Counted from the first letter of the stretch, positions 10,574-23,738 are shown. The stretch: 64,000 bases of DNA from Eledone cirrhosa (GCA_964016885.1 OZ024745.1:118792001-118856000); one strand, 5' to 3'. Notes: generated from the letters alone by a model not told the origin. A program made the numbers and translations.

Positions 10574-12275
10574 ACTCTTGTTCTTCACTTTCTTTAACTT
10601 ACCTTGTTTACAGACTTCTCTTTCTGATTTACTTTTATTTTTATTTTTAACTTTATTTTTCTTTTTACTTCACATCCACCAGTGCCCCCCCCCCCTCCCC
10701 TGCTTTTTGATTCACTTACTTTATATCTTCACAATTTTACATATTTTACTTCCCCCTTTTCTTTCACTACCTGATAACACATGTCACTTGCGTTTTCAAC
10801 TCCAGATATATTCTGTTGTCCCTCGGCCGATTTTATGTAAGTTTACTTGCGTATAATTTGTACTCATTTATTCATACGGCTGGTTTTTACATTTTTTATA
10901 TTGTATGTATGCGTGTAAGTGTGCATATGTGTGTATACGGGTTTGTATACGAATGCATTCGTATGTGCGCGTGTATGTGTATATGTGTGTGTGTATGTGT
11001 GTTTTTATATCTATGTTTTTTTACATACTTATATATATATGTGTGTGTGTGTATATATATAGTCCAGAATATGTATATATATTTAGTCCAGAATTAGCCG
11101 TCGAAACGGCTTGAGCTCAGCCGTCGGGGTCTTACTGGTTCCTATATATATATATATACGGGATAACAAATTATTGTTATAGGTAGTCCACTTAGATGTA
11201 GTCCAGTTAGGGTACTCCGAGTAGTGGATAGTATTAACGCTTGGCTAAGTTTGACTCAACAAGACGTTTCCATAGTGATGCTGCGAGTACGCGGTGATTT
11301 CTATGTAGTTTACACTTGGCGTAATAATAAATCAAGAAAGAAGAGTGACATGGTTTGCTATACAATACATGGTTTGCTATACAATTCACATTGCTGACAA
11401 TTTTTTCTCTGAACTGGTAGGTCTAGAGATCGCTACCCGCCTGTTTTTGCGTCAATCGATCACCAATACTTTGTTATATCACTTTCCCCTTGTTGTTATA
11501 ATGACCACCCCAATGTATCCGTAATTGTAGTCATTATGTTCTCTCTATATATACCTTGCTTCTTAACCTCTGTATTAACTTACTTACTATATTACTATAT
11601 ATATATTTTCATTTTTATATATATTTTCATTTATATTTTTATATATATATATATATGTGCGTACGAACCTCTGTATATTTTCTATTTTTTCTAGTGTTAC
11701 TTTATAATTGATAACCCCTCCCTCCTATTTTCTCTTTGATTTAATTTTTTTATTCTCATATATTTTTTCATTTTTTCATTTTCATATGTTATATTTTTAT
11801 ATCTGTATCGACCTTCAGCCTGATACTGCTATGACTGATACACTCCCTTCCCTGTATATATCACATACATGTAAGTGGTTGCGTGTGTGTGTGTGTTTAT
11901 ACACGTGCTTTCCTACTTGTATCTGTGTATTTTTCAATCCTTAGTCCCTGAGTCTGTATGTACGCTAACTCTATTATCTTACAATGTCTTTTTTCAACAT
12001 ATATTAAATACGTATTTGTGGTCACACATACACTGATATGCTTGCCCTTATGCATGTACTTATGCACACATTTTTTCACTATACACATGCATTTGTACAT
12101 ACACACATATGTATATTTGTAGGTGCATATACACACATTTATACACATACACTTACTATATTTCCTTATTTTAATTTTATATATCTCTTGCATTATTTTT
12201 ATTTATATTTTTTTTTTTTGCCCGTCAAACTTTTGCCTTTCTTGAGATTTTTCAAATATTTCAGTATGTTTTAAA

Positions 12276-12349
12276 TTGCCTTGTCTGACCAACGAATGAG
12301 GACGTTTCTTGTATTCGTCTTATTCGGGAAACCTCTGGTAATGAGGTAA
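12276..12349 (+). ncRNA. Degenerate type I hammerhead (core CTGACCA)
   Basis: TTGCCTTGT-CTGACCA-aCGAATGAGGACG..CGTCTTATTCGg-GAAA-CCTCTGG-TA-ATGAGGTAA. Same architecture and downstream flank as 2827-2884. Confidence 0.65.
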
Positions 12350-12450
12350 TTATATTATATTGTTTATTATACATTAAATTTAGCTCTGTAACATACATAG
12401 AGCACTCTTCACTCCTATGACTTTTTCAATTTTCAACGGAAACTTAAATA

Positions 12451-12498
<48 letters not shown>

Positions 12499-12500
<2 letters not shown>

Positions 12501-12605
12501 ATATAGAAATGGCTTCTACAGGACTAGAACTGTTTCTTTCGGGAGAAATCATCGGGAAGCCTCGAATGAAACAGTTTTAGTCCTGTAGAATCCATTTCTA
12601 TATTA
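12499..12605. repeat. Inverted repeat containing a hammerhead (related copy at 5815-5908)
   Basis: AATATAGAAATGGCTTCTACAGGACTA.AACTGTTTC / GAAACAGTTTTAGTCCTGTAGAATCCATTTCTATATT. Confidence 0.85.
12511..12561 (-). ncRNA. Type I hammerhead (core CCGATGA) with looped stem III
   Basis: Minus strand reads GGCTTC-CCGATGA-TTTC(tccc)GAAA-GAAA-CAG(ttctagtc)CTG-TA-GAAGCC. Confidence 0.75.
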
Positions 12606-12831
12606 TACTCTGCAATGTATTGAGTACCTTTCTGTGGTTACCCCGATTAAACCCGGGATAAACACAGACACACACACATATATATATATATATATGTCTG
12701 TGCGTGCGTGTGTGTATAGATATATATATGTGTGTATGTGAGTATGTGTGAGTATCTGAATGTGTATGTATACATATATATAAATACTTATATATGTGTC
12801 TGTGTGTGTGTGTATATACATATGTATAAAT

Positions 12832-13600
12832 AGTGATGGTGGAGGTGGAGGTTGTAGTGATGATGGTGGTGGTGGTGGTGGTGATGGTGGTGGTGGAGGA
12901 GGTTGTAGTGATGGTGGGTGTGGTGGTGGTGGTGGAGGTTGTAGTGATGGTGGTGGTGGTGGTGGTGGTGGTAGTGATAGTGGTGGTGGAGGTTGTAGTG
13001 ATGGTGGTGATGGTGGTGGTGGTGGTGGTGATGGTGATGGTGGTGGTGGTGGTTGTAGTGATGGTGGTGGTGGTGATGGTGATGTGGTGGCGGTGGTGGT
13101 GATGGTGGTGGTGCTGGAGGTTGTAGTGATGGTGGTGGTGGTGCTGGTGGTGGTGGTGATGGTGGTGGTGGTGATGGTGGTGGAGGTGGTGATGGTGGTT
13201 GTGATGATGGTTGAGGTTGTAGTGATGGTGGTGGTGGTGGTGATGGTGGTGGTGGTGATGGTGGTGGTGGTTGTAGTGATAGTGGTGGTGGAGGTTGTAG
13301 TGATGGTGGTGGTGGTGATGGTAGTGATGGTGGTGATGGTGGTGGTGGTAATGGTGGTGATGGTAGTGGAGGTTGTAATGATGGTGGTGGTGGTGGTGGA
13401 GGTTGTAGTGATGGTGGTGGTGGTTGTAATGGTGATGGTGATGGTGATGGTGGTGATGGTGGTGGTGGTGTTGGTGGTGGTGGTGGTGATGGTGGTTGTA
13501 GTGATAGTGGTGGTAGTTGTAATGGTGATGGTGGTGGTGGTGGTGGTGATGGTGGTGGTGCTAGAGTGGTGGTGGTGGTGGTGCTAGAGTGGTGGTGGTG
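12832..13600. repeat. Degenerate (GGT)n tract
   Basis: GGT/GAT triplet array. Confidence 0.9.
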
Positions 13601-13664
13601 TTGATATTTGTAGAAAAATTTGGAAAGGGAACAAAAACTGCTTTACTGCGCTTCTTTGTACAGG

Positions 13665-14870
13665 AACATGTATGTATACGTGTGTGTATATATATGTGTG
13701 TATATATATGTATGTATATATATGTGTGTGTGTATATGTGTGTATATATGTGTGTGTGTATATGTGTGTAAATATATATGTGTGTATATGTGTGTATATA
13801 TATGTGTGTATATATATATGTGTGTATATATATGTGTGTGTATGTATATGTGTGTTTATATGTGTGTGTATGTGTCTGTATGAGTGTGTGTGTGTCTGTA
13901 TCTGTGCGTGTGCATTTGTGTGTTTGTGTCTGTGGAAGTCTATGTGTGCATGTGAGTATGCGTGTGTGCGCGTGTTTGTTTGTATGTGTCTGTGTATGTA
14001 TATGTGTGTGTCTGCATTCTGCGTGTGCTCGTGTGTCTGTGTGTGAATGTGAGTGTGTGTGAGTATGCGTATGTGTGTCTGTGTATATGTGTCCGTGTGT
14101 GTCTCTGTGTGTGTCTGTGTGTATATGTCTGTGTGTATGTGTATCTGTGTATATGTCTGTGTATGTATGTCTGTGTATGTATGTCTGTGTATGTATGTCT
14201 GTGTGTACATGTCTCTGTACGTGTGTGTGTATATGTCTGTGTGTATATGTTTGTGTGTGTATATGTCTGTGTATGTGTCTGTGTGTATATCTCTGTGTGT
14301 ATATGTCTGTGTGTATGTATGTGTGTATGTGTGTGTGTATATGTCTGTTTATGTGTCTGTGTGTATATACCTGTGTATGTGTGTGTCTGTGCCTGTGTGT
14401 ATGTGTGTGTCTGTGTGTATGTGTATGTGTGTATATGTGTGTCTGTGCCTGTGTGTATGTGTCTGTGTGTATGTGTGTGTGTCTGTGTGTATGTGTCTGT
14501 GTGTATGTGTCTGTGTGTGTGTGTGTGTCTGTGTCTGTGTGTATGTGTTTGTGTGTGCCTGTGTGTCTGTGTGTGTGCATATGAGTGTGTCTGTGTCTGT
14601 GTTTGTGTGTATGTGTGTGTCTGTGTATCTGTGTGTCTGTGTGTCTCTATGTCTGTGTCTGTATGTATGTGTGTGTGTCTTTATTTCTGTGTGTGTGTCT
14701 TTATTTCTGTGTGTCTGTGTGTGTCCGTGTGTCTGTGTGTGTGTATATATGTGTGTCTGTGTATCTGTGTGTCCGTGTGTCTGTGTCCGTGTGTATATAT
14801 GTGTGTGTCTGTGTGTCTGTGTGTGTCCGTGTGTCTGTGTGTGTGTGTATATGTGTGTGAATGCTCTGTA
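13665..14870. repeat. Compound (GT)/(GTAT)/(GTCT) microsatellite
   Basis: Seen directly in the sequence. Confidence 0.95.
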
Positions 14871-15139
14871 GTGTGTGCTGTAGGTTTATTAGCAATACGT
14901 GTGTGTGTTCGGCACAGGCGACGTTCTAGTTTAATGTCATCACACAACGGAGCCGTGTGTATATGGTTGACAGAGATAGACTTACTTAGGAGTACGCCAC
15001 GCACCCTCGGGACCTCATGTATTTTGTCGTTACCTCTTATATTTAACACTAAATCATCAAATATTATATATATATATATATATATAAATAAATTTATATA
15101 TATATAATATATATATTAGTTTAGCGAGGTTTTTAATAT

Positions 15140-15935
15140 AATAATAATAATGAAATTATTGTGTAAAGTGCTCAGGTGCACTACAACTCGTCAATATAGT
15201 ACATAGAATAATACACAAATGTCAGGGAAGTACATGTTTGTATGTGTTAGCTGTAGTGTTGGCGGATCTCGGGAAGCATGGAGGCTTTAAAGGATGCAGT
15301 GTCTCGACAGCTAACAACTGATGCAGGTAGTTTGTTCCATGCTTCAGCAACTCTGAGCGTGAAAAAATGTTTCCGAAAGTCATGGGAACTGTGCTGTTTT
15401 CTTACTTTGTGGGCATGTCCACGTGTGTTAGACACATGGAAATCGAAAAGGCACTCAGGGTTGTTGTTGGCAACATGGTTAACAATTTTGTGGGTGTTTA
15501 CCAAGTCAGTTGCCAGGCGTCGGAGCTTCAATGAATCCATGCCCAGGGAAGCAAGGCGCTCAGAGTATGGTAGATGCCTGATGGAGGGTATTCGCTTGGT
15601 TGCACGTCTCTGAACAGTTTCCAGGCGGTCAATGTCCTGAGCAAGATAGGGGTTCCAGACTGGTGATGCAAATTCTAAGTGTGGTCGCACCATAGCTGTA
15701 TACAGCCTTAAATAGATATCTGGAGAGCGGCTGACAAAGGTCTTGCTGAGTGATGCTAAGACACCCTCGGCCCTCTTGACAATTTTAGAGACGTGCCTCG
15801 TCCAACGCAAATCGCTGCTGACCGTAATGCCCAGGTCACGTTCACAGGAAGACTTCTTGATATTAGTGCTGTGGAGGGAGTATGTGGACGCTGGGTTTTT
15901 ACTCCCAAAATGCATGGTGGTGCACTTGTCCACAG
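15140..15935 (-). mobile_element. CR1-clade LINE, 5'-truncated 3' end (RT C-terminus, 3'UTR and (ATT)n tail)
   Basis: ORF 15247-15933: KCTTMHFG..ERDLGITVSSDL..YTAMVRPHLEFASPVWNP..LETVQRRATK..TRGH..FFTLRVAEAWNKLP. Confidence 0.93.
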
Positions 15936-16579
15936 CTAGCTTGAGCTCACTGTTTGGTTGGTTTTCGCTTCTCGCTGTCTTTTATATCTGTAATCTAGCT
16001 TACTCGGTCCTCAATGTTGCCATTGACTGACCGACGGTCAAAAATAACACAGATACAATATAGACATAAACACATATATATAGTTTACATAATTTACATA
16101 AATCTTTCGTTGCACATCTGCAACATCGTCAGTGGTGTTATATTTTCCTCCTGTTGTGTTGTATGTCTACGCCATTTTTTATTCAGTCTGTCTATATATT
16201 TATTTATTTATTTGCTTGTTTGTTTATTTTATTTTGTCTTCTTTGCGTATGCGTTTGCGTGTGTGTATAGTTTTATGTTTGCTGTGTGACTAGTGTGTAT
16301 AGTGTTGTGTTTACTGGGTGACTAGTGTGTGTTTATGTGCTTGTTGTTATTGTGCTTGTGTATGTATTTATTTATCTTATTTTATTTACTTATTTATACT
16401 TCTCTTAGGTCAGTGTTGTTTGTTTGGGTGTTGTTGCTATTCCACTCATTCTTTCTGTTTACCTTTGGTCTTCTAATTTCTATTTCACTGGCCTCTCTGA
16501 TTTGCCTATCTGCTGGGTCATTTCTATGTTTAGATATTATTCTAATTTCTATGTTGTCTATGTTACCGTCATGTTGTTG

Positions 16580-16955
16580 TCTAGCATGTTCGTATAAGCA
16601 CCACTCCCGCTGCAAACATATCGATGGACTCTTCTAGCTTTCTAATGGAATCTTCTAGCTTTCTAGCAAGTTCTCCTTGCACTAGCCTAAAAGCATGCTC
16701 TTCGCTGTTGGTTACTTCTAGAACCATCAACTTACCCTCTGGGTCAAGAAAGATCGTATGTATCTTGAGATCCAAGCCTTTCCGAAACAACACAGCGACT
16801 CCATCCCCAGATCCCGGACGGCTCGGAGATGTGTACACCTCATAGCTCAGCAAATGGGTGCGAAGGCTCGTGCTTCGGATATTCTGCTTTCACTGATGGC
16901 CACCACATCGATATTCTGTGACCTGAGGTCGTTGAGCAGGTGGAATTGGTACTAG
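16580..16955 (-). mobile_element. L1/Tx1-clade APE endonuclease fragment
   Basis: LLNDLRSQNIDVVAISE..SGDGVAVLFRKGLDL..LDPEGKLMVLEV; homologous to 21137-21749. Confidence 0.8.
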
Positions 16956-17054
16956 TGACGCTGTTGCTGTTGTGGTGGTAGAATTGGTACTAGTGACGTT
17001 GTTGTTGTTGCTGCTGTTGTTGTTCCTCACCTCGTCGCTGTACGTTTGTTGATG

Positions 17055-18670
17055 GTGGCGGTGACGGCAGTGTCAACACGTTGGTAGTGACGGTAGTGTC
17101 AGAGTGGTGGCGGTGACGGTAGTGTCAGAGTGGTGGTAGTGACGGCAGTGACGGCAGTGTCAGAGTGGTGGTGGTGACGGTAGTGTCAACACGTTGGTGG
17201 TGACGGTAGTGTCAGAGTGGTGGTGGTGACGGCAGTGTCAACACGTTGGTGGTGACGGTAGTGTCAACACGTTGGTGGTGACGGCAGTGTCAACACGTGG
17301 GTGGTGACGGTAGTGTCAACACGTTGGTGGTGACGGTAGTGTCAGAGTGGTGGCGGTGACGGTAGTGTCAGAGTGGTGGCGGTGACGGTAGTGTCAACAC
17401 GTTGGTGGTGACGGTAGTGTCAGGGTGGTGGTGGTGACGGTAGTGTCAGAGTGGTGGTGGTGACGGCAGTGTCAACACGTTGGTGGTGACGGTAGTGTCA
17501 ACACGTTGGTGGTGACGGTAGTGTCAACACGTGGGTGGTGACGGTAGTGTCAACACGTTGGTGGTGACGGTAGTGTCAGAGTGGTGGCGGTGACGGTAGT
17601 GTCAGAGTGGTGGCGGTGACGGTAGTGTCAACACGTTGGTGGTGACGGTAGTGTCAGGGTGGTGGTGGTGACGGTAGTGTCAGAGTGGTGGTGGTGACGG
17701 TAGTGTCAGGGTGGTGGTGGTGACGGTAGTGTCAGGGTGGTGGTGGTGACGGCAGTGTCAACACGTTGGTGGTGACGGTAGCGTCAACACGTTGGTGGTG
17801 ACGGTAGTGTCAGGGTGGTGGTGGTGACGGTAGTGTCAGACCGTTGGTGGTGACGGTAGTGTCAACACGTTGGTGGTGACGGTAGTGTCAACACGTTGGT
17901 GGTGACGGTAGTGTCAACACGTTGGTGGTGACGGTAGTGTCAACACGTTGGTGGTGACGGTAGTGTCAGAGTGGTGGTGGTGACGGTAGTGTCAGACCGT
18001 TGGTGGTGACGGTAGTGTCAGGGTGGTGGTGGTGACGGTAGTGTCAACACGTTGGTGGTGACGGTAGTGTCAGACCGTTGGTGGTGACGGTAGTGTCAAC
18101 ACGTTGGTGGTGACGGCAGTGTCAACACGTTGGTGGTGACGGCAGTGTCAACACGTTGGTGGTGACGGTAGTGTCAGACCGTTGGTGGTGACGGTAGTGT
18201 CAGAGTGGTGGTGGTGACGGTAGTGTCAGACCGTTGGTGGTGACGGTAGTGTCAGAGTGGTGGTGGTGACGGTAGTGTCAGAGTGGTGGTGGTGACGGTA
18301 GTGTCAGAGTGGTGGTGGTGACGGTAGTGTCAGAGTGGTGGTGGTGACGGTAGTGTCAGAGTGGTGGTGGTGACGGTAGTGTCAGAGTGGTGGTGGTGAC
18401 GGTAGTGTCAGAGTGGTGGTGGTGACGGTAGTGTCAGAGTGGTGGTGGTGACGGTAGTGTCAGAGTGGTGGTGGTGACGGTAGTGTCAGAGTGGTGGTGG
18501 TGACGGTAGTGTCAGAGTGGTGGTGGTGACGGTAGTGTCAGAGTGGTGGTGGTGACGGTAGTGTCAGAGTGGTGGTGGTGACGGTAGTGTCAACACGTTG
18601 GTGGTGACGGTAGTGTCAGACCGTTGGTGGTGACGGTAGTGTTAGGGTGGTGGTGGTGACGGCAGTGTTA
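17055..18670. repeat. 26-bp minisatellite, about 60 copies
   Basis: Unit GGTGGTGACGGTAGTGTCA plus a variable 7-mer (GAGTGGT, ACACGTT, GACCGTT or GGGTGGT). Period 26, e.g. 18241 to 18267. Confidence 0.95.
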
Positions 18671-18984
18671 GCACGTGCAGATTTAAAGGAAAGACAGAGC
18701 GAAAGAGAGGAAGAATATTTTTGACGCCATGTTTTATTTTTGCTGTTGTTTGACTTTGTTAAAACAAATGTATTTTTGTGATTTCTGCCCTAAAAGGCAA
18801 ACATGTATAAGGCCGACCGTCCCCTTATAAGGAAAGGGTGTTCTTTACCCCCCCCCCCCCCAAAAAAAATTGAGTCTTCTTTAGAACCCCAAAATTGGTT
18901 TAAACCGGTAAATAGTGAGCCGCCTTCGGAGCGAGATTAAAACACGTGCTGTCGTTTTGAAATCCATAATAATAATGATAATAA

Positions 18985-19438
18985 TAATGGTTTCTGATTT
19001 AGGCACAAGGCCAGCAATTTTGGGGAGGGGAAAGTCGATTATATCGACCCCAGTGTATTACTGGTACTTTATTTTATCGACCCTGTAACGATGAAAGGCA
19101 AAGTTAACCGGGGGGGGGGGGTTGAACTCAGACCGTAAAGAGCCATACCTCTATGCTGCAAAGCATAGCGTCCTACCGTTTACCGATACTGCCAATCCAC
19201 TGCCCTGGTTTCTGATTTAGGCTCAAGGCCAGCAAATGTTTTGGAGGTGGGTGGGGGGGAGGAGAAAGTCGATTAAATCGACCCCAGTGCATTACTGGTG
19301 CTTTATTTTATTGAACCCGTAAGGATGTAAGGCAAAGTTAACCTTGACGAGATTTGAACTCAAACCGTAAAGGGCCGTAACTCTATGCTGCAAAGTATGG
19401 CTTCCGACCCTCTACCGATACTGCCAATCCACCGCCCT
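18985..19438 (-). mobile_element. Two tandem family A SINEs
   Basis: Reverse complement of the family A consensus, present twice. Confidence 0.85.
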
Positions 19439-19802
19439 ATAATAATAATAATAATGTTTTCTTTATTAACCACAAGTGTTTACAAAAGGATCAAATTAAA
19501 GACGGTACAATGGTACGTGTAAGTACAATTGATTATAACAGAGCAAAATTTCCAATAAGAGGAAAGTTCGATAAATTATAAATAAATAAATAAAAATATC
19601 TCAAGGTCCAATGTTTTCTTTCCTTTTTTAAGATGATAGAGTGTTACTTCAACAAATTGACTGCTATTTCTAGCATATCAATTGACAATGTAGAAGCAAG
19701 TCCCTTCTTTGGTTCGTAGATGAAAATATGTATGAGTGCCTATGTAACACTATTGCACCTCAATATACTGTATTTATGTTGGACTTCTGCCAAGATGACA
19801 CA

Positions 19803-19865
<63 letters not shown>

Positions 19866-20314
19866 GAATAACTATTACAATTTGTGTAATCGTATCTCTT
19901 TTTTTTTCATCTTGGCATATGTATACAGACAAACACGCGCACACGGTCACATGTACACAAACATACACATAGACACAGACACACGCACCCACACACATAT
20001 ATAATGTAGAACAATGAAACAAATAAGACAAGGTTTAGTAGTGAACCCATTGTTTTACGATCGTTTTTCAGAGAGCAAAGAAACAAAGCTTTATCAATGT
20101 ATTGACTAATCGATAGTAATTATGTAACTCTAGACTATTAGCCTCGAAAGATTATATCTATTCTGCCGTTCACCACCAGAAACGATGTGTGTGTGTATAT
20201 ATATATATTCGGATCTAGCTGTCGAAACGGCCGGAGCTCAGCCGTAGAGTACTGACTCTTTTCATATATATATAACTATTTAAAGTGAAGAGAAACAAGG
20301 TTTTGACACGCACG

Positions 20315-20382
<68 letters not shown>

Positions 20383-20432
20383 AGAAGAAGTGTAAATCAA
20401 CAGCATAAAATTAACTTCATTTATTCATATTC

Positions 20433-20491
20433 GCTGTTATATATATTTCGGTGATAACCATTATGCAACAGCTATGACCTCATCAGACAGC
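20433..20491 (-). ncRNA. Type I hammerhead ribozyme, intact core
   Basis: Minus strand reads GCTGT-CTGATGA-GGTcATAGCTGT(tgcata)ATGGTTATcACC-GAAA-TATATA-TA-ACAGC. Confidence 0.88.
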
Positions 20492-20609
20492 TAGAATTTG
20501 AACAGAAAAAATCAGAAAAACATAATGATGGAATAAAGTTTACCTCTATTATTTCCATTTTTTTACATACTCAGTGCTGAAGTGTTGTCTTGTTTTCTCA
20601 AAGCACTGG

Positions 20610-20689
<80 letters not shown>

Positions 20690-20690
<1 letters not shown>

Positions 20691-21130
20691 AACAAATAAC
20701 GAAACGAAATTAAATTTCGTTTCGTTTGTAACTCACTTTTGTATGACTGACGCTTAAACAATTAAGTTAAAAATGTACATCTACATATGCATACTGAAAT
20801 ACTAGTGTGTATATGAATACACACACGTATACATATGCAGATGTAACAAGTCTTTCACTGGTTGCTTTACTGTGAGCAACCCAGCTATTCTGTATGTAAA
20901 CACACAGACAAACCGGTTTTTAGAGTCATACTGGTTTTCGAGGAAACATCTTCCCTCTATTCTCCAGAAAGCCAGACAAGGAATATTGAACTAGTTTCGT
21001 TGTTGTTACAACTTATCAGCAATATTTACCTATCTACCGGCCTTTCTGGAGAATTGTAAAAGCACAGCGTCAGTCATACAAAAGTGAGTTACAAACGAAA
21101 CGAAATTTAATTTCGTTTCGTTATTTGTTT
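20690..21130. mobile_element. Foldback/MITE-like element with ~65-bp terminal inverted repeats
   Basis: AAACAAATAACGAAACGAAATTAAATTTCGTTTCGTTTGTAACTCACTTTTGTATGACTGACGCT and its reverse complement at 21067-21130. Confidence 0.75.
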
Positions 21131-21136
21131 TTATCG

Positions 21137-23737
21137 TCAACTGGATTTGTCCTTTTCTCTAATGAAGAACCTATCTAAATAGGATCTAGATGTCCCGCTG
21201 CCGTTTGCCCACGTCCACTGTGGTGCAGTCGGGAAATCCAGTCGATACCTATCGGCCAGTTGGACCCCCCCTCTACTGGGACATACTCCCTCATAGTCCC
21301 ATCGTGCATCTAGGATACCATTCCACTCCCCCACTAAAAGTAAGGAGCGAGATGTTCTCAGCAAAGACTCTAGACGCTTAAAGAAGTCTGGTCGTGATTG
21401 CGATTGCCCGGTCGGGGCATAAACGGCCACCAGTCTGAAGGCTCCACCTCCAATACTGTTCACGTCTAGGACTACCAGTCTACCCTCCGGGTCCAAGTGT
21501 ACTTGCTGTATTCGACGTCCAGGTTCTTCCGAAACATAACAGCCACTCCCCCTCCATCTCCTGGCTGACTGAGAGATGCGTAGATCTCAAAGTCGTCGAA
21601 GATGGAGGTTAGTTGCTGCCTGTTGTGGATCCTGGACTCATGGCTATCACATCCATACCGTGTGACCTAACGTCGTTTAAAAGTTGGCCTTGTTTCCAGG
21701 GCATCCCTAGGCCACGCACATTCACGGTTCCAACTCGTAAACTAGCCATGTTGGTGGAGAAGAGTTGGCGGAAAGGACTAAAAGGTGCACTTACCTTTTC
21801 GTTTCTTGGAGATCGGGTTGTTCAATCTCCATTTCAGTTCTGATGGGGGTGTCGGGTGGGGTGGGGAAACAAGACGTGGTTAATAGGTTTTTGACAGGGG
21901 TTGCCAACATCCTGCGAAAACTGTTCTTTCAATTTCTGATAGGTTTCTATCGAAACCCTTATTAGTTTTAGGTGTGGAGACGATTCTGCTTTGACGAAAG
22001 TTTTGCCCTCCGTCTCCACCTTGGGGTTTTGGGAGCTGACCTCCATCAAACTCTTGTTGTTTGTGTTGATGTATGCGTATTGTTGTTTGTATTTTTGTTG
22101 TGTTGTTTTAGTTTGTTATTCGTCCGGGTGTTTTCTTTTTATGGAGGGTGCTTGTGTTTGGGGTGGTGTTGGTGTTGGTGATTGGAGTTTTGGGGGTTTT
22201 GTGGTGTCTCTTTTTTTGTTTTTTAGATTTCCGAGGCTCTCCTTCTTCCCTTAAAGAAGGAGAAGCAGCCTCATCTGTTAATGAATAATCATCGTCAGGA
22301 GTGTGGGGTAGGGGTATGTTGTGTGGTGGTGGTGTTTCGGTGTGTGTGTTTGTGGTAGTGTTTGATGGAGTGGGATGGGGTGGGGCTGTGTTCTTCAGGG
22401 GTGTTATCTGTGTTTTTTCTGTTGTTGTTGTTTGAGTGGCTGTTTGTTTTGGTGTGTTTGCTCGTTTCGTCTGTTGTTGTACTTGTGGTGGTGGTTGTTT
22501 TGGTGTTGGTGTTGGTAATAGTGTTTTTTTAATGATGTGGTTGTGGTGTGTTTGTGAAGGACAGGAGGTTTTTAGGTGTGCTGTGCTACCACAGCGAAAG
22601 TAATGAAGTTTATGACCCTCCACAGAAATGTTTATTTTGTTGTTATCGTCGATGACGACTTTTTCGGGTATTTTGGTGATTCTCTCCGGCCTCATTTGCA
22701 TCAGAATCTCCAAATCATTACCCACCCACCTTTGTCTAATATACTTCCGTATTGAAAGAATAGCATCAGTCTCTGGCTCCACGAAGCCAGCCAAGATCCA
22801 CCAGATGTTAATGTTTGGTGGTATATTTTTTATTTTTATTTTTTGTGTCCTTTTTCCCCATGTACGTAGGGAAAAAGGTGAATGCTTTTGACACCATTGG
22901 TGTCACAGAATGTTTTCCTCGTTGAAGAAAGTCAACATTTGCTAGAGTCTCCTTCAAGGTGGCTTCTATGTCACCTTGACTCACAAATATTGGCTTTCTC
23001 GTTGTGTTGGAGGAAGTCCTGAAGGTCACTGTCCTTCGAACTGTCTCTTCTTTTATTTCGAGGGGTGAGTTGCTTCTAAACCCACCCTTGTCTTCGAAAG
23101 TTACAAATTTTCTCCCTTGCTGGAGCATATCTCTTGCATTGGAGATGTCAAGATTTATAAAATCTTGTTTTTTGTTCACTGTTTCAGCGAACAAGTTGCT
23201 GTTGTTGGTGTTGTTGTTGTTGTTGTTGTCAGCCTCGGTGTTAGAAATCGTAATTTCTTGACGAGGTGAAATTTTATCTGTAGATGTATCTATGGAGTTG
23301 TTGTTGTTAGCTGTTTCATGTGTATGTATATTAATAGGTTTAATTCCTGTGTTTTCATGTGTTATTTTCCTCCGCTTCGACGGTAGAAATTTTTAAATGT
23401 TCAATTGGCAACATTTTTTTTCCTTGTTGACAGTCGTAACCATGACGACGTCTATTGTGGCAGCAGCAGATATAACGTTAATATCTGCCTTTCTACCTCT
23501 CTTCTCTCTGTTAACGTTCTCCGGCGTTCTTTCCGAGTTATTCATGTTTTATAGTCAGCAAAATAAGATTTTTTTAAAAACAACTTTTAAATTAAATTTT
23601 CCTCCCTAAATTACCACCCAGCTGACAATTCCGCTTGGGGGTTAATCTACAAAATGATATGTTTTTTTAAACAATTAGTTCAGCTTTTTGTATAGAAATT
23701 TACAAAAAAGCTTACCAGCGATGTTCCACGCGTCAGG
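21137..23737 (-). mobile_element. L1/Tx1-clade LINE 5' half: 5'UTR, frameshifted ORF1 with zinc knuckle, and ORF2 APE domain; RT missing
   Basis: ORF2 starts at 21749 with MASLRVGTVNVRGLG..DPEGRLVVLDV..FRLVAVYAP..WTW..SRSYLDRF. ORF1 pieces 22108-23194 include YFRCGSTAHLKTSC, a CCHC-like knuckle. Confidence 0.85.
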
Positions 23738-23738
23738 C

